Source: Bugula neritina
Lineage: Eukaryota; Animalia; Bryozoa
Direction: 5' to 3'
DNA: 64,000 nt
Assembly (NCBI GenBank): GCA_964035545.1
Contig: OZ037770.1
Location: 10,870,463-10,934,462 of the forward strand
Shown here: positions 25,392 through 39,216 of the stretch, piece after piece
How positions within the stretch are numbered: the stretch's first letter is position 1
Layout of the letters: each line of letters begins with the position of its first letter
Program-made: the position numbers and the translations under genes
The notes under the pieces: model-generated
The model's database searches: none
What the model saw: the letters and a program-made list of their open reading frames with translations, nothing else
Told to the model about the DNA's origin: nothing

Positions 25392-27344
25392 GAATACAAA
25401 TAAATGCGTTTTGAACGAATATACTAAACATGCATTTCAAATACATAACCTGTTCAAATCTGCTTAACCTTTGACAAAATGCTGCATAAAATAAATACTT
25501 TTATGGTTACACATTTATATTTGCATAATTGTAAAATTTTCCTACTATATCAATTTAATTTTTTAATTTTTTAATACCAAGGGGTGTATAGCACAATTTA
25601 TTTAAACGATTTTACATAACTGATTAGCTCAAAATGTATAGAGCATAAATTATAACTATTCATGCTATCTTGCCTGCTTCAATCTTTTAATTTATCTATG
25701 ATTTTCTTTTAATTAAGTAAATTGCATTTTACCCAAAAATTTTCTCATTGCACAAATTAAAACTCTTATAGATTATCACTGCATATAATATAATAAACAT
25801 TTATTGTAATTAAAAACTTAAAAGCCTAAACTATATAAAGAAAAATAGGCTATATGGCGCTGCGAGTATTTATTAACATTATATAAAATAATTTATTTCC
25901 TAAACATATTTTTTTTGTCATAATAATAATTACTTTAAAAATTTTATCAACGAATGTAGTATTGCAATTAAAACTTTCTTTATTTTATTCATATAACTAA
26001 TAAACTTATATAGTCTGAGAAGGGTTTGCTTAATTTCTCCTGCCTTGTGGGCTAAAATTTGTATTGCTGATAAAGAAGCCATGTAATTAGAGCTATAATT
26101 TTTGTAATATCAACAAATACTTTTGTGAACTCACACCCAAAAGTTTAACAGAAACAATGCTGAATTTTACTTTTCTCATTATCTGATTCCAAGGAACAAT
26201 ATACGTACAAACCAATAAATGTATAGCTTGTTGTTTGAGTTACATAATAGTATGATTTTCAAAATCATCTGCTTTTAATTAACTAAAATAAATACATTGA
26301 TTTTTGCAGACAAAAGTGTTTATAGCTTCAAGAAGCATTGTATGTAATTGGTTTGGAATTTTAATGTTTATTTCATTTCAGATAAGATTTATATAATGAG
26401 CAAAATAAGCTGCCGTGCATATTGCACAAATATGACACGCATGAATGTGTTGAATGCAACCAAACAACAGCGATGTATTACAGATGCCCAAAATTCACTC
26501 TTCAAAGGTTTTCAATTTATTTATTTAATGACTAAAATTAGTTTAAAATAAAAAAATGTTTGATATATTTTTACAGCAATTGAAATATTAAATGTTTGAT
26601 CTTAAACTTTCATGCTGGCTTTAAATCTAATGCATGTATAAATATAATCTTAGGTTACAATAATTAAAAAAGTAAATTTCAATGTGATGTATATTATTGT
26701 TTTTTATTTTGCATTTTTATTCAGAAACTTTGAAGTGTAGTTCTATAATTCTATCAATCAGGCTGTATGATATGAGGCTCTCTACCAAAGTAATTTTAAG
26801 TTTTCAACAAGTTTTCGTTAAGCTGATGTTCAGGGAACTTTATTTGTTATGCAACATTTACAACATATATAATTTATAGGATAACATACAGAATAATATT
26901 CGATTCATTTTAGATTTAACATAATACCAATTGGTTTAGGAAGTTTTACAATATACATCATAAAATAGCAGTCCAGATGATTGAGGCAACAGTGGAACTT
27001 TCAAAATAAATCAATTACGATATATTATAAGTTAGGTATACTGTAACCTTGTTGACCAAAACGTGTGCTCATGCCAAACCCAAAAACAAACTTAAATGTA
27101 TGTCTTTTTAAGGTGCTTTGTGCTAAATTTTGTCCAAATAATTCATGTTTATACTAATAATGAATTTTAATCAAAGTCTGCATTATATACTAGAAGCTAG
27201 CCTTTTTTAAGCTGTTTAAACCCTCCTCAGTATTGGGCATGACTACATAAATAATATATGTTATGAAAAGATAAAGACAACTACACTAGCACTTGTAGTA
27301 CAACATGACAGTATTCATTATAAGAATTCATCAACTTCCAGTTC

Positions 27345-29480
27345 CTAATAGCCATGAACTTCAATCTCATGCAGATTAAGGATTGTTTCTGCATTGAACA
27401 AAATCTGAACAAAGCGGCCACTGATTGGTTGATCACATGTAATCAGATTGTAGTATTGGTTGAGATAACCATCAACATATTTACACAGAACTTCTCTGTT
27501 AGATCCAGTAAACTCTATATCTTCCTCTACCATAGCAACTGTAACTTCTGTGTTGATTGATCTTCTGCTAAAACGTGTTTCTGAAAAAAATCATATTTTT
27601 ATAGAGGGTATTATAGTGTGTTTTGCATAATTTACCATTTATTTTTGCAAGCATTGCTTTGCATGATTTAAATAGATTCGGTACCAAGTTAGATGTTATG
27701 TTAATAATTTATTTAGTGTCGCTTTTACGGTAATAAAAGAATTCCGCATATTACTTAACACAAAATATATAAAATATTTCTTTATTTGTAAAATATTGTT
27801 ACTTCCAAATAAAATTTTTGCAATAGTAAATGTGTTATTTGCATATAGCTATCAATTTGGGCTGGCCAGAAAATAAAATACATTACAAAAATAACCTTCA
27901 ACAAGTAATTTATATATACTAAAATAAGGACAAGACAGTCTTGCTGCACGGTCAAAAATAAATTAATTAAATGTTTAAATATTACAGATGGCTTGGATTC
28001 TTAAATTACAGTTTGGCTTGTTTTCTATTTGATTCGATAATTCATAATAATACAACTTATATAATAAAAAAAACTTGATATAGAATTACAAATAAATTAA
28101 AAGCTTAACAACTGATTATAGGAATGCATGTTTTAACTGGAAGCAAGTGCTATAAGATTATAAACAAATAAATAATAATAATTTATAAAGCAGTAATTGT
28201 CTTCAACTCAACTTGGCTGACTCACCTTTAAATCTATTCAGTATGTTAACAGCCCAGACACAGCGTACATCTCCCAGGTCTACTCTCCACCATGGTCTAA
28301 TCTCTTGTTTACTGTGTACCAATGAGTCGGCATCATTTGATGGCTCATAATCTCCATCCACCGCAAACTTTGCTTCAAAGGAGAACTTCTTATTCGGATG
28401 AACATAAAGCGATGACAGTCTTGCCAGTTTATCTAGAAAAGTTAAAAACGTAATGGGTAAGTAAAAAATTCTGCCGTTATTTAAAAGCATAGACTAGCTT
28501 TTAGCTTCAAATACACTATCTGATTATATGTTATATACTTTTGATTTGGAGATTGTTTCCAATTATAACTTTTGTGCCAAGATGTCTAAAACTCACACTT
28601 AGACAGGTTATGCAAAAACATCAAAATACCCTCAAAGAAAGCATAGTTTAAGTAAATGTAAAAAAATTAACTCACCTCTAGCCAGTAATTTACTAAAGCG
28701 GTCTTCAACATCATCTCTGATGTAAAAATCAAAATCACCACCTTGTCCTTCAGGATACAGATTAGGGTTAACACAACTTTCATAGGAGCATATTTTGGTT
28801 AAACGATGATATGTGAACTCATTGCATTCTTCTCTTTGAGTACAGCCATAGGCACAATGGAAGGTAGAGGTGGCTGTCCCAGAGTCATGTTGTGAAATGT
28901 TGGATAGAGATTCAGGCATGACATAACTCTTGTAGAGACCAGTGTGGTAACCAAATACAGCAAGAGCAGTGAGCTGTACTGATAGAACTGCAATAAAAAT
29001 TATAGCACATATATGTAAAACAATCATTATCAACATGTAGGTAAAATACTGGATGGGATGTAGTGTTGGGTTTATCTAGTGGTCCCTGTGGTGCAATGTT
29101 TATTTCGCCTGCTTGAAAGCTGGAAGTCTTGGGTTCGATTCCCAGTAGGGAGGTTAGTATTTTACAACCCATAGTTTTTGCTTATTGAATGTTTCATGTG
29201 AAATATAATAAAACATGGTTTTGATGACTAAGGAAAAATAACATTAAAAATATCAGGCTCAACCAATATAAAGTTAGTATAGTTTTAGAAAGAAAGTTTT
29301 GTTAGAATCTTATAAGTTATTCTAACATTAAATTACTTAATTAAAGCATATATAGCTAATTGATTTTTTTAAGTCAAATTTTAACTATACATTTATCATA
29401 ATACTACTAATAAATATTATAACCTGCAGAACTTAAAATATAAACTTACCAACTTTGCATCTTAGGAACTGGAAAATCAT
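27345..29480 (-). CDS. Secreted PAN/apple + F-type lectin domain protein, copy B (about 261 aa)
   Basis: Exons 29480-29450 (tentative), 28987-28676, 28432-28226 and 27580-27345; same intron positions and phases as copy A. Motifs CAYGCTQREECNEFTY, AVDG, HS...PWWRVDLG, LNLHEIEVHG. Confidence 0.85.
29081..29151 (+). pseudogene. tRNA-like sequence (tRNA pseudogene or head of a second SINE family)
   Basis: TCCCTG...TAGGGA acceptor-like stem, A-box-like TGGTGCAATG, T arm TGGGTTCGATTCCCA; the D and anticodon arms are degenerate. Confidence 0.6.
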
Positions 29481-30266
29481 TTTCCCCAAGACTATTCAAA
29501 TGAGTTTTCAGCAAATTGTTCAAAGAAGATGAAGAATTGTAGCTACACCAAATGTGCCACAGCTTAGATACGTCACCTGTCTAACAATAATGGGTTTAGT
29601 GATTTACAGCTGAAATAATCTGAAAGTAGAATTATGGATTAAATTTTAAATCTAACGAGTTTTCTATGAAGATTAAAATACAAAAATAGTTTCCTTTTAA
29701 ACAAATGAGCTAAGTTTGAAAATGCAAAGTAATTGCAATGATGATTGTTCAAACGAGACTTCATGTATAGGGCATGGTACTAAAAAGTAAATACTAACAG
29801 CACATTAATAATTACATGCTATACCTAATATATATGCATCAAGCAGCAGCTTGTTTTGATGTATTTTATTAATTTTGTATTATGAACTTTTGGATAAATT
29901 GCATCTGTAATATTTCATTAGCTAAAAATGAATATACTTGTTTCGTGCTCAAACAGACAGAAGTCATATAGAAAAAAGAAAAACTTTTACATGAATATAT
30001 AGTTTATATAATACAACACATCAGTAAGGATTCAGTTTTCTGAAATAACATGGGTAGAATTTTGTTTACCTTGAAAAGAAATAGCCCTTTTAAATAGATG
30101 TTTTCAAAGATACTAAACCTCGTGAAATTTATATTAATTATAATATATAAACTAAGCGTGCCATTTATTGAAGCTTTAAAATTATGCTGTTGATTATTCA
30201 AAGTGCAATGCTTTCGAAATAAAGCACTATAATAATATGAAACACTATCATTATTTTAAATTTAAA

Positions 30267-30376
30267 CACACGCACACACACAGCACACACACAGCACACA
30301 CACAGCACACACACAGCACACACACAGCACACACACAGCACACACACACAGCACACACACACACAGCACACACACA

Positions 30377-30415
<39 letters not shown>

Positions 30416-30860
30416 CACACACACACAGCACACACACACAGCACACACACAGCACACACACAGCACACACACACCACACACACAGCACACACACACAGCA
30501 CACACACAGCACACACACAGCACACACACAGCACACACACATACACAGCGCGCACACACACACACACACACAGCACACAGCACACACACACACACACACA
30601 GCACACACACAGCACACACACAGCACACACACAGCACACACACAGCACACACACAGCACACAGCACACACACAGCACACACACAGCACACACACAGCACA
30701 CACACACTCATAGCACACACACACACAGCACACACACACACAGCACACACACAGCACACACACATAGCACACACACACACAGCACACACACAGCACACAC
30801 ACAGCACACACACACACACACAGCACACACACAGCACACACACACACAGCACACACACAC

Positions 30861-30892
<32 letters not shown>

Positions 30893-31201
30893 GCACACAC
30901 ACAGCACATACACAGCACACACACACAGCACACACACACACACAGCACACACACAGCACACACACACCCACACAGCACACAGCACACGCACACAGCACAC
31001 AGCACACACAGCACACACACACACACACAGCACACACACACACAGCACACACACAGCACACACACAGCACACACACACACACACAGCACACACACACAGC
31101 ACACACACAGCACACACACACACATAGCACACACACACACAGCACACACACACACAGCACACACACAGCACACACACAGCACACACACACACAGCACACA
31201 C

Positions 31202-31233
<32 letters not shown>

Positions 31234-31265
31234 GCACACACACAGCACACACACAGCACACACAC

Positions 31266-31306
<41 letters not shown>

Positions 31307-31902
31307 ACACAGCACACAGCACATGCACACAGCACACAGCACACACAGCACACACACACACAGCACACACACACAGCACACACACAGCACACACACAGCA
31401 CACACACACACACAGCACACACACACACAGCACACACACAGCACACACACAGCACACAGCACACACACAGCACACACACAGCACACACACACCCACACAG
31501 CACACAGCACACAGCACACAGCACACAGCACACAGCACACAGCACACAGCACACAGCACACAGCACACAGCACACAGCACACACACAGCACACACACAGC
31601 ACACACACAGCACACACACAGCACACAGCACACAGCACACAGCACACAGCACACAGCACACAGCACACAGCACACAGCACACAGCACACAGCACACAGCA
31701 CACAGCACACAGCACACAGCACACAGCACACAGCACACAGCACACAGCACACAGCACACAGCACACAGCACACAGCACACAGCACACAGCACACAGCACA
31801 CAGCACACAGCACACAGCACACAGCACACAGCACACAGCACACAGCACACAGCACACAGCACACAGCACACAGCACACAGCACACAGCACACAGCACACG
31901 CA
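30267..31902. repeat. About 1.6-kb compound microsatellite: G-punctuated (CA)n grading into pure (GCACACA)n
   Basis: Directly visible; it accounts for all the long Cys/Val-rich and His/Thr-rich ORFs at 30198-31928. Confidence 0.97.
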
Positions 31903-32698
31903 TTGCTTTTGAAGTCCTGCGTTGACATAAAGGGGATAAAACTAATGATTGTAATATAATGCTGAGGAATAGCTTATTGAAAACTTACAATAATTATATT
32001 GACTAGAGTAACTCTGATGAAATTATTTTAATGTTGGGAATTAACAGCCATTTTCGTAAAACAGCTGTAAAAGTCAAAACCTCTTTTGTATAGTTTCTTT
32101 TAATAGAGCTGCTATTAGTCAGTTTAATTATGTCTTATACACAAGTAAAACAACTTCCAATTATATTATCAATTATAATTGCTTTAATTTGTCTGTTTGT
32201 TTAATTTATAGTAGTTTTATTATATATGATAATTGTTTTTTTATATATAATGAAAAACATTATAGTAAATTAGAAATTCCATTATATAAAATGAATACAT
32301 TGAAAGCTAATTAGGTCTATATAGTAACTTTTTAGATTTGAAAACAAACTAAGGTAGATTATTTTATTAAAAATTCATAAATCTTATAATGGAAAAAGCT
32401 TTTGGTATATGACTATACTGTAATCTCTCATATGTTTCATATATATACACAACTGCGCAAGCCCAGTTATTCAATCTGTAATTTATATAGTATAGTGCAG
32501 TTTAATATAGTAGCATATATTATATATACGTTGTATAGTTGATCGATAATATAACATAAAATGATATTGTCTGTAAACTAATTAAATGAAATTCCTTGAG
32601 GACATCATAACAATAAAGCAAGTTGGAAGTTTGGAAACTCAGTCTAAATTAATCAAGTCTTCTGCCAATAACATACAAGGACTTTAAATACTAGCTTC

Positions 32699-34974
32699 TT
32701 ATCCCAGAAAGTATGCTAAACAGCCTGCAGTGACTCCTGAAATATAAAAAGACAGAAAATAGTATAGTGTTTGACCTAAGGCAGCCATGCTCAACCTGCG
32801 GCCTTTTGAGCTGGAAAATGTGGCTTTTTGGTCTCTTAGTAAAAATAAAAATTTAGTTCAGTTTCAACCCTTCCTAAATTTTGCTTTTCACTAATTCTCA
32901 AGTTTACTATATGAACCATGACTACTTGCACATATTGATGTGGACAGTTATTCTCTCAAATGGGGTATGCCTAAAGTAAATTCAGATTGAGGCTAACGGA
33001 CTTCTATCTGGGCAATATTCTTCACACAGCAGCATCGATCATTAAACCAAATTATCAAACTATACCATGCTCTGTTCAATGCACAAAAAATGCTTACTTT
33101 CCTGAACAAATCAAGTTATTCTACCGGATCTTTTTTCATAACAAAATAAATACATATAAATTCGAAAATAGGCTTTAATTAATGATATATGGAGGATTTT
33201 GCCAGTGAAATTGATACTGAATTTTTTAGTGGCCTTTTTGGTGGCTCAGGCACTTTTTGCGGTCTTTTCCCAAAGAAAGGTTGAGCACCCATGGCCTAAG
33301 GCTATAAAGATAGCACAATTTCCAAAGAATTTTTTTAACACATTCTTGTATGCATACTTGAACTATATTATATCCTTTGTTGAGTCGAGCAGAGTTAAAG
33401 CTAAAGCGTACAATTTCGCTCTAATATTAAAATTGATATATAAAGATGTCCAACGAACAAATAATCTACTGTTAGACTGTTTATCATAATGTTCCTTTGC
33501 TTTGAATATATGGATCTATGTTGACCTATACAATTGTGGTTTCATCAGATTGACACTGTCCATATGCATTAAACAAAGAAATATGTCACATAACGCCAAG
33601 CACGGGGATGTAGTGCATGAAATAGTTTTTTCCAACCAGCAAAGCATCAAGCTGGTTGCAATTAGAAAGCCTCAGACTTGCTATACTAATGATACAATGA
33701 AATTTACAGAAAACCTGAACTTTAAATCTGTACTATTTCGTATTCTAGAGTTTAGAAGCATATATATATGTATTATAAGCCTACTATATAGTATGCATGC
33801 GTAAGTTGCAGCATACATGCATATATAGTGTGTATATGTGTACTTAACTAGTCGTATATAGTTACTACATAAACCTAAGTTACAGTAGTTATCTGTTTAA
33901 GTTATGCTTTACCCCCTAAGCTAATATAACGTGTAGAGCTTTGATTTAGGCAAATATTAGGAACGTTTCATTTGCAATGGATAACAGATTAATAGATTGC
34001 ACATAGCCACTGAAAATTGCAGGCAAGCCATTATTGGTTGATTTATGAAATATCTTATAGCATTTATTCTGATTTATATTCTATGGCCACCTGATACAGT
34101 ACTTTGACTTATAGACTATAGTAAGTAGAACTTATGGCAAGTTTAGACTTTGGATTAACTATAGCACCTGTAATGGAGTGGGCAGTCTGCCATCGTTTCC
34201 TTATAACTGATTACAAACTCATAAGCTTAGGCTATGGCAAAAGTTAAAATCTATAGCTTTGAGTAGCATATTTGCTAACAGTTGACGCAATTGCAATACT
34301 AGACAAAAATTACCATTGCTGTTGCTATAATATACTTCTAAAAGTATATACTCAAGTACTAATAGTCATACATAATTTGATCTTATAGCAGCTAAAGCTC
34401 TGCAAATTTGAAAAATATGTGAAAAAAATCAAGTTTTTCTGACTCATTCAATTACTAAACAGAGTTTTCAAACTATAATATAAATTATAGTCAATGCAAT
34501 TTTATACAATCTCATTAATACACTCTTTCAAAGAGAATCGCATATTTCGGTGGAATGATTCGCGTTTCAGTTTTTTATGATTGCGAGTTGTCATCACTTT
34601 GTTTGGGGTTTGGGAAAATTTAACATCAGTGTGCCAGTTTTATCTACTTGCCATTTGTGCTTTTATTACCTGTGCCTTTATTACCTGTGCTATTTTTACT
34701 GGACACCAGTGAATATAGCTTGCATATAATATCACAGACTATCTAATTCAAAACTGTTCTACTGTTACAGATATTTGTCTAAAGCTGATTCCCACTTACC
34801 CAGCATTAATACAACGAACAGCCACAGGATGCCCAGTAAAACTCTCCTTTGAGTTGTCCCATTTCTGAACTTTGGAGGCAGGGAATTACTTTCTGAGAGC
34901 TCATGGGAGCAGCAGAAGACATCAGATACTGGTTTAGTAGCCTCCAGTATGTCTCTGTCTGTTTCAGATGCCAT
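32699..34974 (-). CDS. Candidate 70-aa single-pass membrane microprotein
   Basis: Exon 34974-34800 (donor G|GTAAGT) plus exon 32736-32699 (acceptor TTTTTATATTTCAG) gives MASETDRD...QRRVLLGILWLFVVLMLGVTAGCLAYFLG*. There is an upstream acceptor at 35000 and candidate upstream donors near 35116 and 36042. No family recognised. Confidence 0.55.
32782..33293. mobile_element. hAT (Charlie-like) MITE
   Basis: Ends CAGCCATGCTCAACCT ... AGGTTGAGCACCCATG, subterminal GCGGCC/GTGGC motifs, 8-bp flanking duplication (A/G)CCTAAGG. Confidence 0.8.
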
Positions 34975-36194
34975 TTCTTCTTCTGCCTGTTACTCCTCTC
35001 TATAAAGAGAACAGTTCTGCTAGAGGTCAAATTTCAAGCTATTTACAAGTGCTACAGTTAGCTGTCACAGTCACAGGTATATGGCTGGGCAAGTTGCAGC
35101 GAAAATAAAGTCTTACCTCTTGCCATCTTGAATTTCACCACACATATATAACCAACTATATTGCATAACTGTGCTAGGGGTTAAATTTCCAAAAGTTGGT
35201 TAGTCCGAAAATATTTGCTTAGTGTACATGCTTATATACACACACATATGGCAAGCCATTTTTAGGAGTTAGGGTTTAATACTGAAGCATATTATAGGTA
35301 CAATACAAAGAATAACCGTTTTATTTTAATTAAGCACTTCAAATTCAAACCAAGACACCTTCAGACTAAGATATAGGCCTTCCGAATATTGACTATATAG
35401 TCACCACTTCACTGTATGTACACTTTCTAAATTCACAATCACAGTTAATACAGAATCATGCATACTACTTCTGCAAAAGTTGCTAAAAGCAAATTTTATT
35501 ATTTATAATTATATTATAATATGCAGCAGTTATATGGCTGAATTAGTAATGAATAGCCACATTATATATTTACGAGTTATTATTTATTGTAGGAAAGTAC
35601 AAATTTTCTACATGTATTGACAGCAATTCATTACAATTCATTACAATTCATTAAACTCTAAAGACATAACTATATAATCTCAAATAAACATTACAGGTTG
35701 GTATACTATAGCTGAATGTAGTAGCATTACCTATGAGTTAGGTTTCCTATGTAAACCTCTTAGTAAAGGCTGATACTTTACAAACTTTGATAGAAGTCAC
35801 AAGATTGCAAAATATTTTAGTATTATGAAAATAAGTCCTATTGAGCATTTAACTTGTTATAAGGCTATAGAGAATGTCTATAAAGCGCTATAAGCTTCTT
35901 ATTTGAAAGCTTTACATAGCTTTCTCACTTAAAGTATGTATAACTACAAAACTATAATACAATAAGTGAATATACAACAAATATTACAGCTTTGTTTCAC
36001 TATTGAAGCAAAAGTTGATGCTAAGCTAATTATTTTACTCACAGCACTGTTCACCGTTTCTCTTTCAATGCCTCCTCGCTATGAAAATCCACTCAGCTAC
36101 TAGCTATACCTACCATGTAATATTTCTCTGTCGTAATTCCAGTTTGACACATTGGCACTGTGCCAACTGACTACCAACGTGCACAGCATTACCA

Positions 36195-36208
36195 GTTGCC
36201 ATAGCAAT
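36195..36208. promoter_or_regulatory. RFX X-box-like motif GTTGCCATAGCAAT
   Basis: Near match to the palindromic X-box GTTGCCATGGCAAC, about 150 bp upstream of the minus-strand donor at 36042. Confidence 0.45.
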
Positions 36209-37346
36209 AAATCTCTAGAAGAATTATTATAGTAAAAAAGACAAGGTATGGCACATAACAACTATAGGCTAATGGAGTACATACACAAGAAAGCTTGTAT
36301 ACCACAAAAAGCTGAGTCACAACCTATCAAAATTTTCAATCGTATTCAAGAGCATGTCTTTATGTGTGGTGTAAGAGTTATTTTTGTATATCTTCAATCA
36401 ACTAAGCATTTTTATTATAATTATTATGACATGCCAAACAATGTTTTCATGTTTAGGTGAGGCATGCACTGATGTACTAACTCTTCATATGAAATATACT
36501 GCGTAAGTTGTTTTGTTTTATTTCAGTGAATAAATGTTGAATATTAAATCAAATTGAATAATATATATTGTTAATTTTTTTATAAATTTTATTCATACAT
36601 GCTAATAATTTTGTAATCTGCAGTTTTTCTAACTGAAGAGCATAAATAACAAAAAGTTCAAGTTTCATTATTTGCTCAAATATTCCTATAAACTGTATAC
36701 TATAAGTTTTAGAACTGCATGTATAATATATTATATTATAACATATATTACATATTATATAATCGTACCATCTTGTCATACTAAAGCTTTGCCAGTCCTT
36801 CAATCTGTTATAGAATTAAGCTTGCTGTGTAATACAGCCAAGTTTCTGGCTGTATTACACAGCAAGCTAGAAGAGTAGTTTTAGTTACCCCTGTTATATA
36901 TAACTATACACTAGATAGTATATAACAATAAATTATATTGCATATAATAACTATAATAAACTAAATAGTATATAATAACTATAAACTAAATAGTATATAA
37001 CTGTACTATATATACCCTTTTATACAAATGAAAGCTACATTACACAGAGCTGCAATAGTTCTTTTTATATAACGAAGTTGTGATTTTGTTCTTTATTGTA
37101 TGACTAAGCTTTTGTTATTGTGGGTTATAGCTTTTTTTTCAGATAAAGCCAACATCCTTGTTCCTCTTCAGTTTTGAATTCAATTTCTATTTTATTATAA
37201 TTTTGGACAGAAGATATTGAAGCTAAGTTGGCTCACGATTGCAGTAACTTAAAAATAACTTTCATAACAAAATTGAGTATACTCGAGCTCTTCTGAGCAA
37301 CATATAATGCTAACAGCACCATTGGTATAAATTCTTGACTTACTTT

Positions 37347-37554
37347 TAGTTAGAGTGTTAGGCTTAGCAAAAACGTAGTCCTGCAGGTTCAATCCCCAGC
37401 AAAGACCATTGGTGATGTTAGGAAGAGCATTCAGCCATAATTGCTCCTGTGCCACATATGAATAAGTCCTTAGCCTGCTTTAACAGAAACCCTTTCCACC
37501 ATGCAGAGGTTCTCACAGAGATAGTGACTATAAACTTTGGTGAGTTGTTTTTTT
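37347..37554 (+). mobile_element. tRNA-derived SINE, family 1
   Basis: B box GGTTCAATCCC, shared body and T-rich tail. Confidence 0.85.
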
Positions 37555-37672
37555 AATTAGATGAGAGAATTTAGTAGTGTAATTATGAATTGTTGTCTTC
37601 CCTGACTCAATAAAATAGACTGGTACTATTATTTACAAATTTATATAGTGAATTACGTAGCATTCAAACATG

Positions 37673-37868
37673 AGGGAAGCAGCCATGGCTTAATACTTAG
37701 AGCACGGACTTAGTAAACACAAGTCAGTGGTGATGTTAGAATTAAAGGCATTCAGTCAAAATTGTTCCTTTTCCACAATAAAAAACAAGTCCCTAGCCCA
37801 CTTGAAAATCTTTTTTCATCAGGGGGTTCCCATTGAGCTGGAAACTACAAAACCCACATGAGGTTTCA
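37673..37868 (+). mobile_element. tRNA-derived SINE, family 1, older diverged copy with internal deletion
   Basis: Head GGGAAGCAGCCATGG..., body GGTGATGTTAGA...GGCATTCAGTCAAAATTG. Confidence 0.7.
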
Positions 37869-39216
37869 TATTTGGCGAAAATAGCCCTAGAAACATGGAA
37901 TGCCATGAGAGCCAGTAAGGAGTTTACCAGATGTGCAGACAACTCTATTATGGTTTAGACTTTAGAGGGCAGTTAGCTACCTAACTGAAGTGATAACCTA
38001 TACCAGTGTGTATACAATTATACTTTGCATGAGCAAATTATTGTGGCCTATATAGTGGTATAAGATTTTAAAGTAAATATAATAGCAATAGTTTGAATGA
38101 GTAATATTTACCTTTAACTATACTATATTACATACCATAAAGGTAATTAATTATTCATGGCTGTTGGTCAAAGAGCATAAGTAATAATACTAGGTAACAC
38201 ATGTAAATAATTTGATCACTCAGCCATGTTCTCGATCCAAAACAGTTAAGAAACTAATCTATATTGTAAAAACACATCAAATTATAGTGAATGACTATAC
38301 GAAAGGGTATCATACTAATTCCCAACAATTTATTACCTTCTTTTGAAAGCTCATTTTGCTATAGTTATCACTACAATTAATGATTCTTAATGGCAGCAAA
38401 CAGATCAGAGCAAAATTTAAAAAAAATTGAAATAGACACCAATCGAGTTATTAATTATATGCATTTTTTATTTACTTACAAAAATATAAAAACCTTGCAG
38501 GTAATACAAAATTTATGGGCTTAAATTATAAATATTTATAAAATATATCTTTTTACATATATAAAGATAAACAGGCAGTTTAATTAAATTTAATTTTAAA
38601 ATATTTACATTTGATTGGTTTAAATCAAATCCATGATTAAAAAGTATATACACACAATTGAATTTGTTAAAAATATATAAGCATCTAAGCCAAATAATGA
38701 TGGCTTGCAGCAATAACAATAATTATAGTTGATTATATATAAACAGTAGTGAAAAATGTATATATTATGCAAACTATACACACATGTGCAATAAATATTA
38801 GTCAACTTTATAAAACATAAAAATTAACAATGTAAAGTATATATCACTACATTATATGATATTATTTACAATTCTGTATATAATAATAATATAAAAATAT
38901 GCGATATATATTGCTGTGCATCCGCTAAGTTTATTTACATCGAAGTAAACCAGTTGATTTATAGAGATCAAGATCTTGCAATCATATGTGAATGATCAAG
39001 AACCAATGCTAAAAAATTAAATTGCTACTTCCATATTTGTATCTGAAAATTATCTTTTAATAGTGTTTGGTATTCAATGCGGGAGTTGCCTGCTTTCCCT
39101 TTGAGAAAATAGAAGTGTAACTGAGAGTTGTGTGCTCCTGTTTAGATACATTGTGACCATAAGTAAAGTGACATTATAATACTGTCTCAGTTTTATAAAA
39201 AAGAGTATGACACTGT

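Noticed and set aside
29081-29151. Functional tRNA gene
   Set aside because: The D arm does not pair and the anticodon arm is mismatched; kept only as a pseudogene or SINE head.
30198-31928. Long Cys/Val-rich and His/Thr-rich ORFs (up to 550 aa) on both strands
   Set aside because: These are translations of the CA/CACACAG satellite, which lacks stop codons by composition; there is no splice or domain evidence.
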